NCBI GenBank assembly: GCA_964469605.1
Contig: CAYXZA010000005.1
Location: 1-57,617, forward strand
Source of the DNA: an uncultured Candidatus Saccharibacteria bacterium
GTDB taxonomy: Bacteria; Patescibacteriota; Minisyncoccia; Phycocordibacterales; DATDWN01
Length of the DNA stretch: 57,617 bases
Direction of reading: 5' to 3'
The notes below the pieces were generated by a model. The model made no database searches. It worked only from the letters and a program-made list of their open reading frames with translations, and was not told the DNA's origin. Below, piece after piece: positions 9,342 through 18,622 of the stretch. Positions within the stretch are counted from its first letter, which is position 1. Each line of letters starts with the position of its first letter. A program made the translations under genes and the position numbers.

Positions 9342-11144
9342 ATGAACGAACAAGATAGACCAAAAAGAATATTTGGACAAAAGACAGCTAAACCTAGAAG
9401 ATCGTATTCTAGAAATGAATTTCCTTTAAAACACACAAGAAGAGTTCATTCTGATATACCATCTGCTGGTGATAATATAAGAATCATACCACTTGGAGGA
9501 GTTGAGGAGATTGGTAAAAATATGACTCTGATTGAATACAAAGACGATATTATAGTTATTGATATGGGATTTCAATTTAGAGACGATGAAACTCCCGGTG
9601 TTGATTATATTTTACCTAACACAAAATATCTAGAAGACAGAAAAGATAAAATAAGAGCGGTTTTTATAACACACGGACATCTAGACCATATAGGAGGAAT
9701 ACCTTATATAATGGATCGTATAGGAAATCCCCCTATGTATACAAGAGCATTAACTAGTGTAATGATTAAAAAAAGACAAGAAGAATTCCCTCACCTACCA
9801 AACCTAGATCTGAGAATCGTTGAAAAAGAAGACACTGTTAGAATAGGAGATTTAAAAGTTAAATTCTTTGCAGTAACTCACACAATACCAGACTCAATGG
9901 GTATTATCATTGAAACACCTTATGGAAGTTTAGTAACACCGGGAGATATTAAACTAGATCACAATGATGGAAAACCAACAGAAGCAGAAGAGAAAGAATT
10001 TTCTAGATTTGATAAAGAAAATGTTTTATTTTTAATGATGGATTCTACAAATGTTGATAATCCTGGTTTCTCAACATCAGAAAAATTAGTTCACAAAAAC
10101 CTTGAAGATATAATAAAAAATACTTCTGGCAGATTAGTTATTGGAACTTTTGCATCTCAAATAGAAAGAATCATAAGTATAATAGAAGTTTCTGAAAAAT
10201 ATGGCAAAAAAGTCGTAGTTGAAGGTAGAAGTATGAAAAACAATATAGAAATTGTTGCTCATATGGGTATGCTTAAAGTCAGAAGAGAAACTTTGATAAC
10301 ATCAGAAGAAATGGAAAAATATCCTCCTGATAAAATAATAGTTCTTGCAACAGGAGCACAGGGAGATGAGTTCGCAGCTCTTATGAGAATGTCTAATAAA
10401 ACTCATAAATATTTTAAAATCACACCGAGAGATACAATCCTTTTGTCATCTTCTATTATTCCAGGAAATGAAAAAGCTGTTCAAAAGCTTAAAGACAACC
10501 TAGCAAGACAAGGTGCTAAAATAATACATTATAGAACATCCGATGTTTATATACACTCAACAGGACACGGAAACAGAGGAGAGTTAGAATGGTTGCACAA
10601 GAAAATAAAACCAAAATTCTTTATGCCAGTTCATGGAAGTCACTATATGCTGAGAGTTCATGAAGAATTAGCAAAAAATACTGGTATGTCACCTGAAAAT
10701 ATTATTGTTCCAGACAATGGTGCAATAATTGAAATACAAGATTCTGGAAAAAAGATTGTTAGATTAAAAGAAAGTGCTCCGTCAAATGTTGTGATGGTTG
10801 ATGGTTTTTCAATTGGAGATGCACAAGAGCTTGTTATGAGAGACAGAAAGATGTTAGCACAAGATGGTATGTTTGTTATCATAGCCAGTGTAAATGTAAA
10901 AACAGGTAAACTGAAAAAATCTCCTGATATAATATCTCGTGGTTTCGTATACCTTAGAGAATCTCAGGATTTACTAAATCAAGCCAGACTTATAATCAAA
11001 AAAACAGTAGAAGATTCTACACACGGAATGAATCCTATAAACTTTGATTATGTAAAAGCAAATGTTTCAGATTCTGTTGGAAGATTTCTATTTCAAAAAA
11101 CTGCAAAAAAACCGATAGTCATACCTGTTATACTTGGAGTCTAA
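9342..11144 (+). CDS. rnj: Ribonuclease J (metallo-beta-lactamase/beta-CASP)
   Basis: 600 aa. IIPLGGVEEIGKNMT, ITHGHLDHIGG, beta-CASP region and C-terminal domain. Confidence 0.9.
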   Translation: MNEQDRPKRIFGQKTAKPRRSYSRNEFPLKHTRRVHSDIPSAGDNIRIIPLGGVEEIGKNMTLIEYKDDIIVIDMGFQFRDDETPGVDYILPNTKYLEDRKDKIRAVFITHGHLDHIGGIPYIMDRIGNPPMYTRALTSVMIKKRQEEFPHLPNLDLRIVEKEDTVRIGDLKVKFFAVTHTIPDSMGIIIETPYGSLVTPGDIKLDHNDGKPTEAEEKEFSRFDKENVLFLMMDSTNVDNPGFSTSEKLVHKNLEDIIKNTSGRLVIGTFASQIERIISIIEVSEKYGKKVVVEGRSMKNNIEIVAHMGMLKVRRETLITSEEMEKYPPDKIIVLATGAQGDEFAALMRMSNKTHKYFKITPRDTILLSSSIIPGNEKAVQKLKDNLARQGAKIIHYRTSDVYIHSTGHGNRGELEWLHKKIKPKFFMPVHGSHYMLRVHEELAKNTGMSPENIIVPDNGAIIEIQDSGKKIVRLKESAPSNVVMVDGFSIGDAQELVMRDRKMLAQDGMFVIIASVNVKTGKLKKSPDIISRGFVYLRESQDLLNQARLIIKKTVEDSTHGMNPINFDYVKANVSDSVGRFLFQKTAKKPIVIPVILGV

Positions 11145-11196
11145 ATTTTGGGAATAAAAAATAATTATTTATAAAAAATTATGATAATATAATTGT

Positions 11197-12393
11197 ATGG
11201 ATTTTATATTGTCAAAAATTTCAAACTCAATAGGCCAAAATAAACAATTGGTATCTGTGTATATATCAAACATACTACTTTCGATTCATTATTATCTTTT
11301 GGTTTATATAAACTCATCATTTCTAAATATCTGGTTTACAGATAGCCAGATCAGTAGTTTATATATAATAGGATCGATATTAAATTTACTCCTTATAATA
11401 AATGTATCAAAAATTCTAAACAAGATAGGAAATTACAAATTGATCATATATGCATCCCTCATAGAAATGCTTGCTATTTCTGGACTTTTTGTTGGACAAT
11501 CAAAAGAAACTATTGGTATATATTTTGTCATACATCATATATTTGTTCCTATAATAATTTTCAGTTTGGATGTCTTTTTGGAAAACTTATCCGTAGATGA
11601 GCAAAAGACTGGAAGTATTAGAGGTGCATATTTGACAGCTTCAAACATAACACTGGTTCTAGCTCCCCTTTTAGTTAGTTTTATATTAAATGACAACCAA
11701 AATTACAGACACATATATCTTACTTCTTTGATAATCATTATTCCTCTTTTGATTTTTGTTCAAAAATATTTTAAAAATTTTACACATCTTCCTGTTAGTC
11801 ATTTAAAAATAAAAGAAACTATATCTTATTATATAAAAAACAAAAAAGTTTTAGATGTCTCTATTTGTAACTTTATACTTCAAATATTTTATGCTTTTAT
11901 GATTATATATTCCCCTATATATTTACATAAATACATAGGATTTAATTGGAGTGAGATAGGAATAATGTTTACCATAATGCTATTACCATTTGTCTTATTT
12001 GAACTGCCAATAGGTGAAATATCTGATAAAAAATATGGTGAAAAAGAAATAATGACAATAGGATTTATTATAACAGGAATATCCACTATAATAATTTCAT
12101 TTGTTACAGCAAAATTATTTTTAATCTGGACAATAATACTATTCTTGACTAGAACAGGAGCTAGTTTTATAGAAATCACAACCGAAAGTTACTTCTTTAA
12201 ACAAGTAAAATCAAATCAAACAGATGTAATATCTTTTTTTAGAATAAACAGACCTCTTTCATTTATAATAGCACCAATAATAGCAACAGTTATGCTTGAA
12301 CTTATTCCTTATAATTATATGTTTTTAATAATTGGAATATTTACAATAATAATCGGAACAAAATACAGCTTGGCAATAAAAGATACCCTTTAA
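11197..12393 (+). CDS. MFS-type transporter
   Basis: 398 aa, about 12 hydrophobic segments. Confidence 0.65.
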   Translation: MDFILSKISNSIGQNKQLVSVYISNILLSIHYYLLVYINSSFLNIWFTDSQISSLYIIGSILNLLLIINVSKILNKIGNYKLIIYASLIEMLAISGLFVGQSKETIGIYFVIHHIFVPIIIFSLDVFLENLSVDEQKTGSIRGAYLTASNITLVLAPLLVSFILNDNQNYRHIYLTSLIIIIPLLIFVQKYFKNFTHLPVSHLKIKETISYYIKNKKVLDVSICNFILQIFYAFMIIYSPIYLHKYIGFNWSEIGIMFTIMLLPFVLFELPIGEISDKKYGEKEIMTIGFIITGISTIIISFVTAKLFLIWTIILFLTRTGASFIEITTESYFFKQVKSNQTDVISFFRINRPLSFIIAPIIATVMLELIPYNYMFLIIGIFTIIIGTKYSLAIKDTL

Positions 12394-12462
12394 CAACTAT
12401 TGATAATTTATTTAAAATAAATTATCATTTTAAATAAGAAGTCCTCGAGACTCAATTAAAAC

Positions 12463-12921
12463 TTGAATAAAAAACTGAGTAAAGAAAATAACAAAGAGAT
12501 TCGTTGTTCTAATTGCAATAAAATGCTCGCAAATGAAAAAACTATTTCTAATATCTTTGAGATCAAATGCTCTCGTTGTGGAATAATAAATTCAATATTT
12601 AAAACCACAACAGATCAGGTGATTATAACTGATGTAGATGGAAATATTTTATATGTAAATTCTATGCTAGAACAAACAACAGGTTATTCTTTACAAGAAG
12701 TAATTGGGCAAAAACCATCTCTTTGGGGAAATCAAATGTCTAAACAATTTTATAAAAAAATGTGGCATAAAATAAAAGATGTTAAACAACCAATTGATGT
12801 TGTTATAAAAAATAAAAAGAAAAATGGTGATTTATATGAAGCAAGATTGGTTATATCCCCGGTATTTGATTCAAATGGTAATATCAAGTTTTTTGTTGGC
12901 ACAGAATCTATTATAAATTAA
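12463..12921 (+). CDS. Zinc-ribbon plus PAS domain protein
   Basis: CSNC...CSRC Com-like zinc ribbon, followed by a PAS fold (ITDVDGNILYVN...TGYSLQEVIGQ...G..YEA). Confidence 0.7.
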   Translation: MNKKLSKENNKEIRCSNCNKMLANEKTISNIFEIKCSRCGIINSIFKTTTDQVIITDVDGNILYVNSMLEQTTGYSLQEVIGQKPSLWGNQMSKQFYKKMWHKIKDVKQPIDVVIKNKKKNGDLYEARLVISPVFDSNGNIKFFVGTESIIN

Positions 12922-12931
12922 AAATAAAAAT

Positions 12932-13426
12932 ATGAATGCACCCATTCCTAAAAATGAACAGCTAAGGCAGTGTGCTGTTCTCGATTTAAAAATATTAGAC
13001 ACAGAAACAGAAGAGAGATTTGATAAGATTACAAAAAAAGCCATTGAAATATTTAATGTTCCAATATCTACAATTTCAATAATAGATAATGATCGTGAGT
13101 GGTATAAATCTAAACAAGGAATTACAAAACAAGAAGGACCAAGAGATATATCCTTTTGTGGACATGCCCTACTAAAACAAGATATTTTGATTATAGAGGA
13201 CACTTTTAATGATCCTTTATTTAAAGATAATCCATATGTGAGTAGTCCAAACGGAATAAGATTTTATGCTGGAAAATCACTTTTTAAAACACCGGAAAAT
13301 TTAGCTGTTGGGGTTTTTTGTATAAAAGATTATACACCCAAAAAGATGAATATAAATGATATAGAAAAATTTCTTGAATTAGCAGAAGAAGCTGAAAAAG
13401 AACTGAATAATATTAGAATTTTCTAG
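12932..13426 (+). CDS. GAF domain protein
   Basis: 164 aa. NE..R......L.ILDT..EERFD..T..A...F.VP...ISIID..R.W.KS is typical of stand-alone GAF proteins. Confidence 0.7.
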   Translation: MNAPIPKNEQLRQCAVLDLKILDTETEERFDKITKKAIEIFNVPISTISIIDNDREWYKSKQGITKQEGPRDISFCGHALLKQDILIIEDTFNDPLFKDNPYVSSPNGIRFYAGKSLFKTPENLAVGVFCIKDYTPKKMNINDIEKFLELAEEAEKELNNIRIF

Positions 13427-13922
13427 AATCATAAGCCCAATGAAGTAGTGCTTGTCTCTGCCTCCTTCTGCAAAATAAATCTCCTAAATTACAATTATTT
13501 GTAATTTGAGCAATATGTCTTCTCATTTTTTTCCACCTATCTATTTGTCTTTTATCTTCATCTGGTATTCTCCTTCCCATAAAATACCTACAATACCACT
13601 GGAACCACCCCCTAGGATCATCTCTGTATATCCAACCTTTCTGCCTCCAAACTTTTAAAGGTTGGCTGGCCTTTATCTTAAAAAGATTACAATTTATATC
13701 ATAAAAATTAGGAGAGAGTTTAGCATCTTTAAACCAGTCTTTTGGAAACTCTTTTTTACAGTCATTCATATACTTTCCACCAAAAACACCTAAATCAAGC
13801 ATTTCTTTTGGTGTTAAATCTGGCTTAAAAGATGGGTCAAAATTTTGCCCCATTTTTTCAGTCAAAATGTAACTGTAATTTTTTTGCATCAAATCATTAA
13901 CAAAAACTTTTTTTGTTTTCAT
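13413..13922 (-). CDS. Conserved hypothetical protein (169 aa)
   Basis: Complete ORF with Trp/Arg-rich motifs (GWFQWYCRYFMGRR). Family not recognised. Confidence 0.6.
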   Translation of the reverse strand: MKTKKVFVNDLMQKNYSYILTEKMGQNFDPSFKPDLTPKEMLDLGVFGGKYMNDCKKEFPKDWFKDAKLSPNFYDINCNLFKIKASQPLKVWRQKGWIYRDDPRGWFQWYCRYFMGRRIPDEDKRQIDRWKKMRRHIAQITNNCNLGDLFCRRRQRQALLHWAYDSRKF

Positions 13923-13944
13923 AAATACATTTTAACACAATAAT

Positions 13945-14337
13945 TTATTTCTGATCTTTTAGATAACTTTTTATAGGGTTCCAATAAAAATCTATCCAAC
14001 CTTTTTTTATAGACAAAACCTCTTCATCTGGAATATTTTTTTGAGAAAATACAAGTCTTGTTCCTCCTTTTATTTTCTTTATTTCAAATGTAATAGTTGA
14101 AAAATGATTCTCCTGCCAATTTGATGCTCTCCAACTCTGAACTATTATTTTATTTTCAACCAATTTAATATTTTTCCCAGTAGCATAACCATCGTAAACA
14201 CTAAACTTGCCACCCTCTTTTTGACTAACGGATGCCTTACCTCCTGTTATTTTGGAATGTAATTTTGAGTCCATTATAATTTTATATAAAATATCTGGAC
14301 TGCAATTAAAAGATACTTGTTGTTTTATATTTTTCAT
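13945..14337 (-). CDS. SRPBCC/AHSA1-like domain protein
   Basis: 130 aa. The size and G..F.....Y..G....L..N..IVQSWR pattern fit the Aha1/SRPBCC family. Confidence 0.6.
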   Translation of the reverse strand: MKNIKQQVSFNCSPDILYKIIMDSKLHSKITGGKASVSQKEGGKFSVYDGYATGKNIKLVENKIIVQSWRASNWQENHFSTITFEIKKIKGGTRLVFSQKNIPDEEVLSIKKGWIDFYWNPIKSYLKDQK

Positions 14338-14387
14338 TTAATTTATTTTTCAAAAAATCCCCTCTCGGAGATTTTTTGTTTCTTTAA

Positions 14388-14645
14388 TTATGATAGATGT
14401 TTTGCAACAAGCTTGTTCATCTCAAACATAGAGACAACAGCTTTTCCTCCAAACACTTTCTTCAATTTATCATCCGCATTGATGTTTCTTTTGTTTTTAC
14501 TATCTTGAAGATTGTTTTTCTTAATATATTCCCAAAGTTTTTTAACAACTTCAGATCTAGGTATAGGACCTTTACCTATAACAGCTTGTAGGTCTTCACT
14601 TAGATTAAGAGGTTTCATAAAAGCACTATTTTTCTTTTTTTCCAT
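14388..14645 (-). CDS. SWIB/MDM2 domain protein
   Basis: 85 aa. PLNLSEDLQAVIGKGPIPRSEVVKKLWEYIKKNNLQD...I..D.KLKKVFG is a textbook SWIB domain. Confidence 0.85.
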   Translation of the reverse strand: MEKKKNSAFMKPLNLSEDLQAVIGKGPIPRSEVVKKLWEYIKKNNLQDSKNKRNINADDKLKKVFGGKAVVSMFEMNKLVAKHLS

Positions 14646-14799
14646 AATTTATTTTTTTATCAATTCCTTTTTATTGGAATCGAAAGTTATTGTAATACTA
14701 AACCTAATAAGATACCCCTATATTATATCAATAAATCAAAAATAATGGAAGTCTTTATATAAAACATTAAAAAGACACCTTTATTAAAATAACCTCCTG

Positions 14800-15264
14800 T
14801 TACTTTAAAGAAACTAAAATAACACCTACAACAACAAATAATAAACCTAAAATTGTCTGAAAACTTAACTTTTCTGACAGAATTATAAATGCTAAAACCG
14901 CAGTAAATAAAATAGATAATTTATCTATAACAGTAACTGAAACTGCTGACCCAAAAGAAAGAGCTTTAAAGAAAAATATCCAAGAAAAAGCTCCTCCAAG
15001 TGCAGATAAAAAAATAAATAACCATTCTTTATTTGAAATATTTACAAAATTCATACCACTAAAACCACCAAAGAAGAAAGTAAATGTGCAAACAAAAATA
15101 GCCATTATTATTGCCCTTATTGAAGTTAAAATATTTGAATCAATGTTTTTCAAGCCAATCTTTGCAAATATTGTACTTAAACTTGCAAAAATAGCTCCAA
15201 AAATAGCATAAATTAGATACATAATTATATTATAACAGAAAATATAAATGTTTAAAGAAATCAA
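14800..15264 (-). CDS. EamA-like small membrane transporter
   Basis: About 5 TM segments of single-EamA-domain size. The true start may be an internal Met. Confidence 0.6.
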   Translation of the reverse strand: MISLNIYIFCYNIIMYLIYAIFGAIFASLSTIFAKIGLKNIDSNILTSIRAIIMAIFVCTFTFFFGGFSGMNFVNISNKEWLFIFLSALGGAFSWIFFFKALSFGSAVSVTVIDKLSILFTAVLAFIILSEKLSFQTILGLLFVVVGVILVSLK

Positions 15265-15794
15265 AGTGATTTATCTTTCTTCATTTCCATCTCGGTTATC
15301 ACAGCGCCACTTTTGAACCTACTCGATTCATTTTTTATCCTATTACCAGTATCAACAAAACCAATCTTTTTGTAAAAATTTATTGCATTTTCTGTATAAT
15401 CCGCAACTTGAACCAAAGTATCTTTTGTTTGATCCAAAAATTTATTTGCTTCATTCCATAGCATTACCCCTATGCCATTACCTTGAAATTCTGGTAGGAC
15501 ATAAAGTGTTCTGAGATAATTATTTTTTTCATCTTTAGTTACAACACAAACACCAACGACAAGATCTCCGACCTTGGCAACCAATCTTTTCTTATTCTTA
15601 TGCGATTCTCTTATTAATTTTTTAAAATTATTTATTTTAGCATCTGAAAATTCATCCTTATAACTATCTTCTATATCATCAATAGTTATACCTTTTTCTT
15701 TATTTGGATATGTAGAAAGCCAAGTTTTATACAGAACATTTGTTATACCAATAGCATCATCAGGACCAGCATCAGTAATTTTAACTTCATTCAT
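15261..15794 (-). CDS. GNAT family N-acetyltransferase
   Basis: LYVLPEFQGNGIG motif (acetyl-CoA binding Q/RxxGxG/A). Confidence 0.8.
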   Translation of the reverse strand: MNEVKITDAGPDDAIGITNVLYKTWLSTYPNKEKGITIDDIEDSYKDEFSDAKINNFKKLIRESHKNKKRLVAKVGDLVVGVCVVTKDEKNNYLRTLYVLPEFQGNGIGVMLWNEANKFLDQTKDTLVQVADYTENAINFYKKIGFVDTGNRIKNESSRFKSGAVITEMEMKKDKSL

Positions 15795-15820
15795 AATCTT
15801 AATATTTTACACTATTAATA

Positions 15821-16096
15821 CTAAAACTTTAAATATAAACAGAAATATATAATAGTAAAAATTATTATTTGAATAAAAACTGTTAGATATAATTTAGGTA
15901 TTTCTTTGATTTTTATAACATTATTTAATAAATATTTATATAATCCATTGGATATAAAATAACCAACAAGAGCAAATATCGTCACTATCAAAAGGTTTGA
16001 ACCTTCGGGATCTTTAAAAAAGAAAAACATCAACCTAGAAAAAATAAAAGATGAGATAATGGAAATTATAGTTGTGTATTTTAAGCTAGAGTGCAT
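15821..16096 (-). CDS. Small membrane protein, hypothetical
   Basis: 91 aa, three hydrophobic segments. Confidence 0.45.
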   Translation of the reverse strand: MHSSLKYTTIISIISSFIFSRLMFFFFKDPEGSNLLIVTIFALVGYFISNGLYKYLLNNVIKIKEIPKLYLTVFIQIIIFTIIYFCLYLKF

Positions 16097-16264
16097 CTGT
16101 TTTTAATTTTTTGTATTCCATCCAACGATCCACTGGTAAAGCAGTTGTATAAGTAATTTTTTTATATGATAAATTATATCATAACTCAAAGTTAAGGAAT
16201 CAATAACCACACAATAAACCATATATAAAAATTTATATAAACTCTAATTACAAATCAAAATTTA

Positions 16265-16297
16265 CAAAAAGCTAAGGCTCACCTCTAAAGGTGAGCC
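16265..16297 (-). terminator. Intrinsic terminator after small CDS 16308..16523
   Basis: ggctcacc/ggtgagcc 8-bp hairpin (16276-16297), followed on the minus strand by ttagcttttt. Confidence 0.6.
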
Positions 16298-16307
16298 AAA
16301 AAACAAG

Positions 16308-16523
16308 CTACGATCGACGACAAGCCTTCCTTTTTCCATACTTTATTTTCCATTGACACTGCCTTTCAAGCAGGTAGGAAATAAAGTATTTGGTGTTTGG
16401 GTGCTGAGAAACCACCACCGATGGCCCGTTTATCTCAGCAACAGTGGCAATACCGCCACAATTTTTTCCACCATCACCAAATGATCCTGGAACGTAGATA
16501 CTGCCACCAATACTGATCTGCAT
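16308..16523 (-). CDS. Small Gly-rich orphan protein (71 aa), relatively GC-rich
   Basis: SD aaaggag 6 nt upstream of the ATG. It has its own promoter and terminator. Gly-rich N-terminal half and basic C-terminus (KRKACRRS). Confidence 0.55.
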   Translation of the reverse strand: MQISIGGSIYVPGSFGDGGKNCGGIATVAEINGPSVVVSQHPNTKYFISYLLERQCQWKIKYGKRKACRRS

Positions 16524-16543
16524 GAAAACTCCTTTCTTCCTAA

Positions 16544-16572
16544 GCTATACCAAATATATAAAATATTGTCAA
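16544..16572 (-). promoter_or_regulatory. Sigma70-type promoter for small CDS (module copy 1)
   Basis: Minus strand: TTGACA (16572-16567), N17, TATAGC (16549-16544). Positions 16551-16574 are identical to 17215-17238. Confidence 0.6.
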
Positions 16573-16619
16573 TATATAAGCATGAATATTCTAAAATATA
16601 AATAAAAAATTTTATATAA

Positions 16620-17201
16620 AGACAAAGCGGACAGGGAACCTCGAAAGGTTTTACCTGTCCGCCACAGATTGCGGCAGTGTGGCCCTAAAGAGAAAACAAG
16701 AGCACACCTCAACCGCAAGAAGAACAAAAACACTACACTACACCAACAATGTCAGGCGCGAATGATCTCTAAAGATTCCATCCGCCGACCTGCGAGAGGT
16801 AAGCCATTAGAGACAAGCCCTTAGAAAGCAAAACCCTCTCGTCTCTTTACGGACGAGAAATCCTTTGAGAAGACTCCCCGTCCGTCAAACAAACACAGGG
16901 GTTGTTCCCTACCGTGGGAAGACCCCCCAATACCCCTACCCCACACATGTTCTCGAGAACACTGAGGTCTTTCAGAACAAGAAGCTTGCGCTTGGTTTTT
17001 TGGGCGGATACATTGGTGATCAACACCTCCCTAAACCACTTCCCATTCTATAGAACCGGTGATACCACGCCGGCATGAAACTCACTAAACCTTACTCTTG
17101 CAGGCTAGTGTTCCTCAAAATGAAACCCGTCAAATAACTGACGCGGCTGAAAGGCTATTTAACCCGATACCCTGAAGACTTAGGCATCGAACAACCTTAC
17201 A
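16620..17201 (-). ncRNA. Candidate large (~580 nt) structured non-coding RNA, class unknown
   Basis: Consensus promoter immediately upstream, and an intrinsic terminator at the 3' end (gcggacagg/cctgtccgc, 16627-16662, then a U-rich tail). No ORF of 60 aa or more on this strand. GC-rich against AT-rich flanks. Multiple helices, e.g. 16849-16855 pairs 16879-16885; a 14-nt palindrome at 16948-16961; G-tracts from 16921-16946. Confidence 0.5.
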
Positions 17202-17207
17202 TATACA

Positions 17208-17236
17208 ATTATATCAAATATATAAAATATTGTCAA
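17208..17236 (-). promoter_or_regulatory. Consensus sigma70 promoter (module copy 2)
   Basis: Minus strand: TTGACA (17236-17231), exactly 17 nt, TATAAT (17213-17208). Confidence 0.7.
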
Positions 17237-17629
17237 TACCCAATATTCTTCCATAAAAGATGAGGTTCATCTACTGATATTGTACTTACAATATATTTCG
17301 AAGAGATGGGGTAGATAAAAATTAACTAAAGAAGCCTTCTTGTACCACATAAAAGTGACCAATCAATAAGTTGTAGAAATATACTACAGGCTATTTTTTA
17401 TTTTTATTCACCTCCCCGTACTCTTTATGTAATTTAAGTTTTTTTGGAGTTCTTGGATATGTATGAAAATTAGTGAAATCTTTTTTAATATATAAATTGT
17501 TAAAATACTTTTTAAATAAATTTATTGAAAATTCGCATATCTTTAGCTTCCTAAAGAGTACAGTATGTATTTGGAATTAAACAATGCTAGTTGTCTTGGG
17601 TAGTATTCGAACTAGTATAGTTATATACC

Positions 17630-17662
17630 AAGTAAAGCTAAACCGCTTCTTTCGAAGCGGTT
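17630..17662 (-). terminator. Terminator hairpin after SPFH gene
   Basis: aaccgcttc tttc gaagcggtt (17641-17662), 24 nt after the stop codon. Confidence 0.5.
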
Positions 17663-17685
17663 AAGATCAAGTCTGATTCTAGTGC

Positions 17686-18495
17686 CTAGACAGAAGCAGC
17701 TTCTTTAGTTTCGATTCCTCCTCCAGCCCCTCTCCCTAATTCCTCGAGCACTCTTTCAACTATTGATTCATCTGGTTTCCTAGGATGAGGTCGATTATTT
17801 GCTTGTTTAACATTAACAGTGGTAGTCGCTACAAGAGGCGTACCCACAAGAACAGAAGCAAGTCCTGAATCAATATCAAGAGTAGAGGTTAATTTTGCTG
17901 CCTCCACTAAAGCTTCCAACTTAAACCTTACACCGATTTTAGAAAAAATAAGTTGAGCAGATTCAGTACTTGGAGCACAACTAGTGAGTTTGAACTGAAT
18001 AAATTCAATACCCCATTCTTCAGCTTTTGTTCTAATGACCTGGAGAAGATTCTGCGAGATCTTTTCGGTTTCTTCCAGTTCAGTGTAGTCTCTTTTGGAG
18101 ACTTCATCCCGAAGGATACCCATACCAAGATCTTCGATTGAATATCCTAGATTTTCTATCTCGAAAAGAGCTTTGTAGACATCTCTGATTCTGAAAATAA
18201 CAATAGCGTTGACATTGAAAATCAAGCCTTCTCGAATCATGATTCGCTGGTGATCAAACTTAATTGTTTCTTGCCTAACATGATGTCTTTTCAAAGTATC
18301 AACAAAAGGAACAAGAAATGCAAACCCAGGATTGATAACCTTTGGTTCTCCATTCTTATCCCTCACAGCTTTACCAAAACGGAGTTTAATACCCTGTTCA
18401 CCCTCATGGACAAAACGAAAAGCTTTAAAGAAACCTACTACTACCGAAATTAGAATTGTCCAGATTTCCACCGGAACAATATTGAACATGTTCAT
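17686..18495 (-). CDS. SPFH/Band 7 (stomatin/HflC-like) domain protein
   Basis: N-terminal TM, then V.EGEQGIKLRFGK, INPGF.FLVPFVD.....V..Q, and a coiled-coil tail. Confidence 0.8.
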   Translation of the reverse strand: MNMFNIVPVEIWTILISVVVGFFKAFRFVHEGEQGIKLRFGKAVRDKNGEPKVINPGFAFLVPFVDTLKRHHVRQETIKFDHQRIMIREGLIFNVNAIVIFRIRDVYKALFEIENLGYSIEDLGMGILRDEVSKRDYTELEETEKISQNLLQVIRTKAEEWGIEFIQFKLTSCAPSTESAQLIFSKIGVRFKLEALVEAAKLTSTLDIDSGLASVLVGTPLVATTTVNVKQANNRPHPRKPDESIVERVLEELGRGAGGGIETKEAASV

Positions 18496-18622
18496 CTAAT
18501 ACCTCCAACATAACTTTATAACACTATATATGTCAAGTTTTTGTATAGTTTTAATTGGAATGTCACTTTCTATTATACTGCTTTAAATATAGGTTTGCTA
18601 TTTGGTTCAATTCCTAGAAAGT

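Noticed and set aside
16865-17053. 62-aa plus-strand ORF inside the candidate large ncRNA
   Set aside because: No SD, and it is antisense to the promoter/terminator-defined unit. Its Pro/Gly-rich translation is consistent with a chance ORF in GC-rich sequence.
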